A stretch of 64,000 nucleotides of DNA from an uncultured Oscillospiraceae bacterium (GTDB lineage: Bacteria; Bacillota; Clostridia; Christensenellales; CAG-314), in NCBI GenBank assembly GCA_964598315.1, contig CAZRBI010000002.1:25276-89275 (forward strand), written 5' to 3'. The notes below the pieces were generated by a model that ran no database searches, was not told the origin of the DNA, and was given only the letters and a program-made list of their open reading frames with translations. The position numbers were made by a program, and so were the translations under genes. Positions 59,368 through 64,000 of this stretch are shown piece by piece. Position 1 is the stretch's first letter. Each line of letters opens with the position of its first letter.

Positions 59368-60297
59368 TTATTTATCTCCTTGTTTAATAATACCGTGATT
59401 TTTGCTGCCGAAAACCTCCGTCAACTTGTGATAAACCAATTTGTACACGGCCTTTTTTGCCGGGTCCAAAAATGTTCTGGGTTCGAATCTGGAAGGATTT
59501 TGGGCGAGCGATTTTCTCAACGCCGCGACATAGGCAACGCGAAAATCCGTGCCGATGTTTACTTTGCAAACACCCAATTGCACAATTTTTTGAATTTCTT
59601 CTTCAGGCACACCCTTTGCACCGTGAATACTGCCGCCGTAGTCGTTGAAGTCTTGCAAATTTTGGTTGTTGATACTGCTGGAACCGTGCAAGACAAACGG
59701 AAATCCCGGCAACAACCTCATCATTTCTTTTAGTAGATCTGTTTCCAAAGTGGAATGTTTTTGCATTCCGTGGCACGTGCCCACCGACACGGCCAAACTG
59801 TCGACACCTGAGCGCAAAACAAATTCTTGCACCATTTTCGGGTCGGAATATCCTCCCGTCGACATGCCGTCTTCGCTACCGAGTTCGCCCAATTCGCCCT
59901 CGACGGTCGCTCCGTGAGCATGGGCGTAGTCGACAACTTCTTTTGTGAGCCTTATCCTCTCCTCGAAAGTGACGTCATCGCCGCAATCCATCATAACCGA
60001 CGTGAACCCTTCGTCTATGCAAGACTTGCACACTTCGAAACTGTCGCCGTGGTCCAAATGAATGGCAAACGGAATTGTTATGTCCTTGCTGATGCACTCC
60101 ACCATATCTTTGATGTTTCCCGGATGCATAAACTTGCGCGATCCCTTGGAAATGGAAATGATGACCGGCGACTGTGCATCCTGCGCGGCTTGCAACAACG
60201 ACTGAATCATTGCAACACTGTCCACGTTGAAAGCACCAACTGCATATCTGTTTGCATACGCATCGGCAAACATTGCTTTTGTGTTTACTAGTGGCAT
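59368..60297 (-). CDS. class II ketose-bisphosphate aldolase (paralog 3, divergent)
   Basis: HLDHGDS, VGTCHGMQK, FVLHGSSS. Confidence 0.8.
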   Translation of the reverse strand: MPLVNTKAMFADAYANRYAVGAFNVDSVAMIQSLLQAAQDAQSPVIISISKGSRKFMHPGNIKDMVECISKDITIPFAIHLDHGDSFEVCKSCIDEGFTSVMMDCGDDVTFEERIRLTKEVVDYAHAHGATVEGELGELGSEDGMSTGGYSDPKMVQEFVLRSGVDSLAVSVGTCHGMQKHSTLETDLLKEMMRLLPGFPFVLHGSSSINNQNLQDFNDYGGSIHGAKGVPEEEIQKIVQLGVCKVNIGTDFRVAYVAALRKSLAQNPSRFEPRTFLDPAKKAVYKLVYHKLTEVFGSKNHGIIKQGDK

Positions 60298-60300
60298 AGC

Positions 60301-61038
60301 TTACTCCTTGATAGACTTGCTGTTTGTTATTTTGCAAAAATCTTCCTCTTTGAAGTTGGACAACGAAATCGGTGTGACGGAAATGTATCCATTGTGCACG
60401 GCACTCACGTCGTAGTCGTCGTTGTCGAAAACGTCTTCGTCGTGAATATGCTTCACGACAAATTTTTCCCGATCAACTTCGGAAAGAACGTATTTGCTTA
60501 GATATCTTAAAAACAGTTTTGTCAATCTTATCCCTTTGTAGGGGACGTTTTCTACATTCAAATTTACATTCAAATAGTATTCGTTCGAAAGCAAATGCTT
60601 TTCGAACAAATACTGCAACACTTTGGGGATATATTCCCCTATGTGACTGTCGTCGTCGAAATGCCCGGCAGAAATTGCAACACACTTCTTTTTGAAAACC
60701 AACCCTTGTTCGCAAGCACCGCACGTGCCGGAATACATGATATCGTTGGCAATGTTGTAGCCGTGATTGCAACCGGAGACGATCATGTCGTAGTCGCCTT
60801 TCATGTAGGCATTTGCAAACAAAATACAATCCACCGGGGTGCCGTCTACCATAAAATTGTGGTCATCCACCTTATGCACGCCCAATGGCTTTCGGTAGGT
60901 TGTGAAACTGCAAGACATGCCGCTTTGCGCCGTTGACGGAGCAAAAACAAACACTTCGCCATATTGTTGCAAAGCCTTTCGTACAGTCTCGATTCCCAAA
61001 GAACCGAACCCGTCGTCGTTTGTGAGGATTATTTTCAT
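60301..61038 (-). CDS. surE: 5-prime/3-prime-nucleotidase SurE
   Basis: MKIILTNDDGFGSLGI, SGCNHGYN. Confidence 0.88.
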   Translation of the reverse strand: MKIILTNDDGFGSLGIETVRKALQQYGEVFVFAPSTAQSGMSCSFTTYRKPLGVHKVDDHNFMVDGTPVDCILFANAYMKGDYDMIVSGCNHGYNIANDIMYSGTCGACEQGLVFKKKCVAISAGHFDDDSHIGEYIPKVLQYLFEKHLLSNEYYLNVNLNVENVPYKGIRLTKLFLRYLSKYVLSEVDREKFVVKHIHDEDVFDNDDYDVSAVHNGYISVTPISLSNFKEEDFCKITNSKSIKE

Positions 61039-61985
61039 TGCACAACCTCGTTTCCCGCTTCGTTGTTCCATCTGAAGGCTTCATGCCTAAAAATGACCTG
61101 AGTTTGAGACAAAAAGTCCTGCACACCACGATTATACCTTGTTAAACACATGATGGCAAACGAAATCAACACAGTTAGCAGCGTGACGTTGCTGAAAAAA
61201 TAGAAAATCCAAAACGGAATCAAAAAATTCAACACAACGACAATCATCGAGCGCACAACCACTTGCACTTTCTTGACGCGGCTGACGTTGCGCGCATCGA
61301 CAAGGCAAATTTTACAAATAATTTGTCCCAACGTTTCGCCGTTCTTACGCAGAAGCGGAATGGCAAAATAGAAAACTGCCGACGCAATCAACAAAGAAAT
61401 AAGCAACGAATAGGCCGTGATTGTGAAGGTTTTGTTGACAGCGGCAATATAGTCGGCATCTTGGCGCAAAAACGCCACCGCGTTTTGGTACTCCGTTTCG
61501 TAGAAAGTTTTCAACGTTTCGTCGGACACGGTGCTTTTTCGCACGATATCGCCGTTTTCGTCGCGAACAAAGTGACCGGAAGTCAACTTTGCCGTATCGT
61601 AGGCGGACAACATGTTGTTTTCGATGCAACGAGCATCTTCGGTGTAGTACTTTGTGATGGGAACGTCGTAGTTTTCTTCGACAGATTTGTTTTCGTCGTA
61701 GGCATTGCTGATCAAAACGTTCATACCGTTTTGCCGCAAATACAAACCGCTCTCGGCAAATATCGTGTTGATATCCCCTTGAGCGTCAAAATAGCCGAGG
61801 GGGCGAAAAAACACTCCCGCGGCAAGCAATTCAATAAGAGCAAACAAAACAAATATAAAAAGTAGATCCAACAGACCGGAGCCGATCCGTCTCACCAAAG
61901 ACGGTCGGCCGATCTGTTCCAAAGTCTGTTTTACTTGCTCTTTTCGTGATAGTTCATCCTGTTTAAGGATATCGAAATCGTTCAT
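61035..61985 (-). CDS. RDD-family membrane protein
   Basis: RRIGSGLLDLLFIFVLF plus C-terminal TM helices. Overlaps the surE start by 4 nt. Confidence 0.5.
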   Translation of the reverse strand: MNDFDILKQDELSRKEQVKQTLEQIGRPSLVRRIGSGLLDLLFIFVLFALIELLAAGVFFRPLGYFDAQGDINTIFAESGLYLRQNGMNVLISNAYDENKSVEENYDVPITKYYTEDARCIENNMLSAYDTAKLTSGHFVRDENGDIVRKSTVSDETLKTFYETEYQNAVAFLRQDADYIAAVNKTFTITAYSLLISLLIASAVFYFAIPLLRKNGETLGQIICKICLVDARNVSRVKKVQVVVRSMIVVVLNFLIPFWIFYFFSNVTLLTVLISFAIMCLTRYNRGVQDFLSQTQVIFRHEAFRWNNEAGNEVVQ

Positions 61986-62119
61986 TGAATCACCTTTAAC
62001 GTGCATTTTGCCAACAATCTTTCACGCAAAATACACCATGGTCTTTTGTGCAAACACGTTGCGAAGCGCACTTGCTTCGCAAACGATTTGCTGTTTACTT
62101 TTTTGTCGATAAGACAATG

Positions 62120-63265
62120 TTATTCGACAACTTTCACCGAACCCAAAGCAACTTTGTCCTTGTCGGCAAACAACACTATGCCGTCGCCGATGATGTTGAA
62201 GCGAATATCTTTGTCGATTTTGTAGTCGACCGAACCAAACACGACGGACGACAAAATCGTTTCGCCGATACTGATTTTTACGGTCGTTTCCATGCCTGCC
62301 GGCAACGTGGAATAAACCGTGCCTTCAAGTGCACCATCTTCCACTATGGGCAAGAATTCCGGTCTGATACCGAGTTTGAGGCTGGGCCTGATAAGTTCGC
62401 CATATTCGGTGACGATATCTTCGGGCAAAACGATGTCTTCCTTGGATTGATACAGAATTTCCGTGCCGAAGAAATCAAGTTTGAGTTCTTTGGGAGAAAC
62501 ACGCTCTTTTAGTTCCACGTTGATGAAGTTCATTGTGGGGTTACCGATGAAATCTGCAACAAACAAGTTGTTGGGATTGTTGTACACGGTGAGCGGAGGA
62601 TCGTACTGTTGCATGACGCCTTTGTCGATCAAACAAATTCTGGTTGCAAGTGTCATTGCTTCCAATTGATCGTGTGTGACGTAGACAAACGTCGAGTTTG
62701 TGTCCGAATGCAAACGTTTAAGTTCCGTTCTCATTTCTCCGCGCAATTTTGCATCCAAGTTGGACAACGGTTCGTCCATGAACAAAACTTTGGGAGAAGG
62801 TGCCAACGTACGGGCAATTGCAACACGTTGTTGTTGTCCGCCGGACAGTTCGGCGGGATATCTGTCACGAAATTCCGTGATTTTCAACATGTGCATGACT
62901 TCCAAAGCACGAGCTTCAATTTTATCTTTTTTCCATTTTAAGTTTTCCAAACCGAAAGTTATGTTTTTGTACACCGTCATGTGCGGCCACAATGCATAGT
63001 TTTGGAACAAGAATCCGATATCGCGTTTGGCCGGAGATATGTTGATTCCTGCTTCCGAATCAAAAACAACTTGATCGCCGATAGTGATTCTTCCGGAAGT
63101 GGGAGTTTCCAGTCCTGCAATCATACGTAAGGTTGTTGTTTTGCCGCAACCGGAAGGTCCGAGCAACGTTATGAATTCACGGTCCTCGATAACCATGTTC
63201 AAATTGTCCACGGCAACGAAAGAACCCCATTTTTTTGTGACGTTAGTAAGTTCAATTCTAGGCAT
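62120..63265 (-). CDS. ABC transporter ATP-binding protein (MalK/UgpC/PotA type)
   Basis: GPSGCGKTT, LSGGQQQR, and a C-terminal TOBE-like extension. Confidence 0.9.
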   Translation of the reverse strand: MPRIELTNVTKKWGSFVAVDNLNMVIEDREFITLLGPSGCGKTTTLRMIAGLETPTSGRITIGDQVVFDSEAGINISPAKRDIGFLFQNYALWPHMTVYKNITFGLENLKWKKDKIEARALEVMHMLKITEFRDRYPAELSGGQQQRVAIARTLAPSPKVLFMDEPLSNLDAKLRGEMRTELKRLHSDTNSTFVYVTHDQLEAMTLATRICLIDKGVMQQYDPPLTVYNNPNNLFVADFIGNPTMNFINVELKERVSPKELKLDFFGTEILYQSKEDIVLPEDIVTEYGELIRPSLKLGIRPEFLPIVEDGALEGTVYSTLPAGMETTVKISIGETILSSVVFGSVDYKIDKDIRFNIIGDGIVLFADKDKVALGSVKVVE

Positions 63266-63270
63266 AATTA

Positions 63271-64000
63271 TTAACCTCCAATTCCTTTATCGATGGATGC
63301 ACCTGTGATTTTGTTGACCAACAAGTTTGTCAAAATGACGAACAACACTATCAACAAGTTGATACCGTTAGAGATGGCCGATGCACCGTTACGCGAATAG
63401 TATTCCATGACGTTTGTTGCAAGAGTTACGCTGGAAGTGATAAGCACAAACAACGTGTATTCTCTCATACAGCTGATGAACGGCAACAAATATCCGCTGA
63501 TGAAGCTGGATTTTTGAATGGGGAACAAAATGCGCGTCATACGCTTGCCCCACGAACAACCGGTGATGATTGCTGCTTCTTCGATTTCGCCGGAAAGTTG
63601 CAACATTGCGTTGGTACCGCTACGTGAAGCAAAGGGTAAGAATTTGATTGCACCGACGATAACGCAAACTGCCACTGCCGACCATTCGTTCATAGAAGTT
63701 GAAACGTCCAGGAATTTGAATGCGTCTGTTTTGATAACCGCAAGGAACACTGCGCCAAAACTCAAAGACGGAATCAAATAGGGCAAAAATGCCAAGCTGG
63801 AAACAAAGTTTGCAAATCTGCTGTGGCGTTTTTTGCTTACCGCATAGCCAATCAAAATTCCGCACGTTCCGCAAATCAAGGCAACAACCAGTGAAATCAA
63901 AACACTTCTTAAAAAAGACATAAGGATCGTTTGGTTGAAGAAAATGCCTTGCGTCGAGAAGTCTCTGGATTCGAACCAAACGTCGTCAAACGTGTTTTCA
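63271..64000 (-). CDS. ABC transporter permease (partial; the frame stays open to the window edge)
   Basis: EAA-loop EEAAIITGCSWGKRMTRILFPI. No stop upstream of the listed Met. Confidence 0.8.
   Translation of the reverse strand, partial: ENTFDDVWFESRDFSTQGIFFNQTILMSFLRSVLISLVVALICGTCGILIGYAVSKKRHSRFANFVSSLAFLPYLIPSLSFGAVFLAVIKTDAFKFLDVSTSMNEWSAVAVCVIVGAIKFLPFASRSGTNAMLQLSGEIEEAAIITGCSWGKRMTRILFPIQKSSFISGYLLPFISCMREYTLFVLITSSVTLATNVMEYYSRNGASAISNGINLLIVLFVILTNLLVNKITGASIDKGIGG

Noticed and set aside
63960-63985. GGTTCGAATCC T-arm-like sequence (minus strand) suggesting a tRNA
   Set aside because: It sits inside the continuous permease reading frame, and no acceptor or anticodon arms can be drawn around it.

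Overview
The window looks like chromosome from a spore-forming, Clostridia-type Firmicute. It carries spoIIGA-sigE, spoIIR, spoIIID, a SpoVID-like gene and veg, a type-A RNase P RNA and a long Bacillus-type SRP RNA. Most genes are on the minus strand and are core housekeeping genes: ileS behind a T-box-like leader, udk, prs, ispE, the rplM-rpsI/truA/ecfA-ecfA-ecfT block, a radical-SAM pair, aroQ, surE and a perR/rubredoxin/reverse-rubrerythrin unit. The accessory content falls in five places. (1) At 275-9335 there is an RHS/YD-repeat polymorphic-toxin locus. Its full-length gene ends in a 3-helix TM module and an LHH-type nuclease tip and is followed by an immunity gene. Downstream lie a start-less orphan RHS C-terminal cassette (Hint plus an HNH/EndoVII-like tip) with its own immunity gene, a truncated second LHH tip with a mosaic immunity paralog, and a terminal RHS scrap. 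(2) At 24.5-28 kb there is a decaying patch: a frameshifted Cys-repeat lipoprotein behind a long structured leader, a frameshifted DUF4417 gene and a His-rich toxin-like fragment. (3) A ~118-nt structured element occurs twice (27.9 kb and 49.4 kb), and all substitutions between the copies preserve minus-strand hairpins. (4) Two MBL-fold (ComEC-type) surface proteins sit in tandem. (5) Three class II aldolase paralogs sit in tandem and share a 242-bp gene-conversion tract. No CRISPR array, tRNA, rRNA, integrase or transposase was seen. All calls come from reading motifs in the supplied translations and the DNA; no database search was run.
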